The notes under the pieces: generated by a model | What the model saw: the letters and a program-made list of their open reading frames with translations, nothing else | Told to the model about the DNA's origin: nothing | Databases searched by the model: none | In this document: positions 40,380 to 40,571 of the stretch, in pieces | How the letters are laid out: each line of letters opens with the position of its first letter | How positions within the stretch are numbered: the first letter of the stretch is position 1 | Assembly: GCF_001194135.2 (NCBI RefSeq) | Contig: NC_068982.1 | Location: 103,434,494 to 103,475,064 of the forward strand | Length of the DNA stretch: 40,571 nucleotides | Source: Octopus bimaculoides | Lineage: Eukaryota | Direction of reading: 5' to 3' | Position numbers and translations under genes: made by a program

Positions 40380-40555
40380 CCCACAGGGGGCTAAACATAG
40401 AGGGGATAAACAAGAACAGACAAAGGGATTAAGTCGATTACATCGACCCCAGTGCATAAGTGGTATTTATTTAATCGACCCCGAAAAAATAAAAGGCAAA
40501 GTCGACCTCAGCGGAATTTGGACTCAGAACGTAACGACAGACGAAATACTGCTAT
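40380..40555 (-). mobile_element. SINE, second family
   Basis: AAAAGGCAAAGTCGACCTCAGCGGAATTTGGACTCAGAAC on + is the reverse complement of the 6470 family core. Confidence 0.8.
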
Positions 40556-40571
40556 ATATATATATATATAT

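Overview
AT-rich, microsatellite- and SINE-dense eukaryotic DNA, most likely from an octopus-like cephalopod (inferred from repeat types). It contains six N-gaps. The main feature is the 3' part of a spliced gene on the minus strand. I rebuilt eight exons by hand (27172-27340, 22896-23066, 10940-11047, 7444-7684, 5543-5715, 4294-4404, 2361-2552, 398-444). All have GT-AG ends and matching phases, giving 1212 nt, or 403 aa plus stop. The protein reads: [C-half of an unnamed Cys-rich module] - Ig domain - [complete second copy of the module] - polybasic linker - 3 EGF repeats - short tail, with no transmembrane segment. The upstream exons were not found. The introns hold a decayed Tc1/mariner element with a nested SINE, two MITE-like elements, Penelope-like GIY-YIG remnants, and two minimal hammerhead-ribozyme motifs (one structurally complete). 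They also hold a pre-miRNA-like hairpin, many tRNA-derived SINEs and LINE fragments. Most ORFs in the supplied track are microsatellite artefacts.
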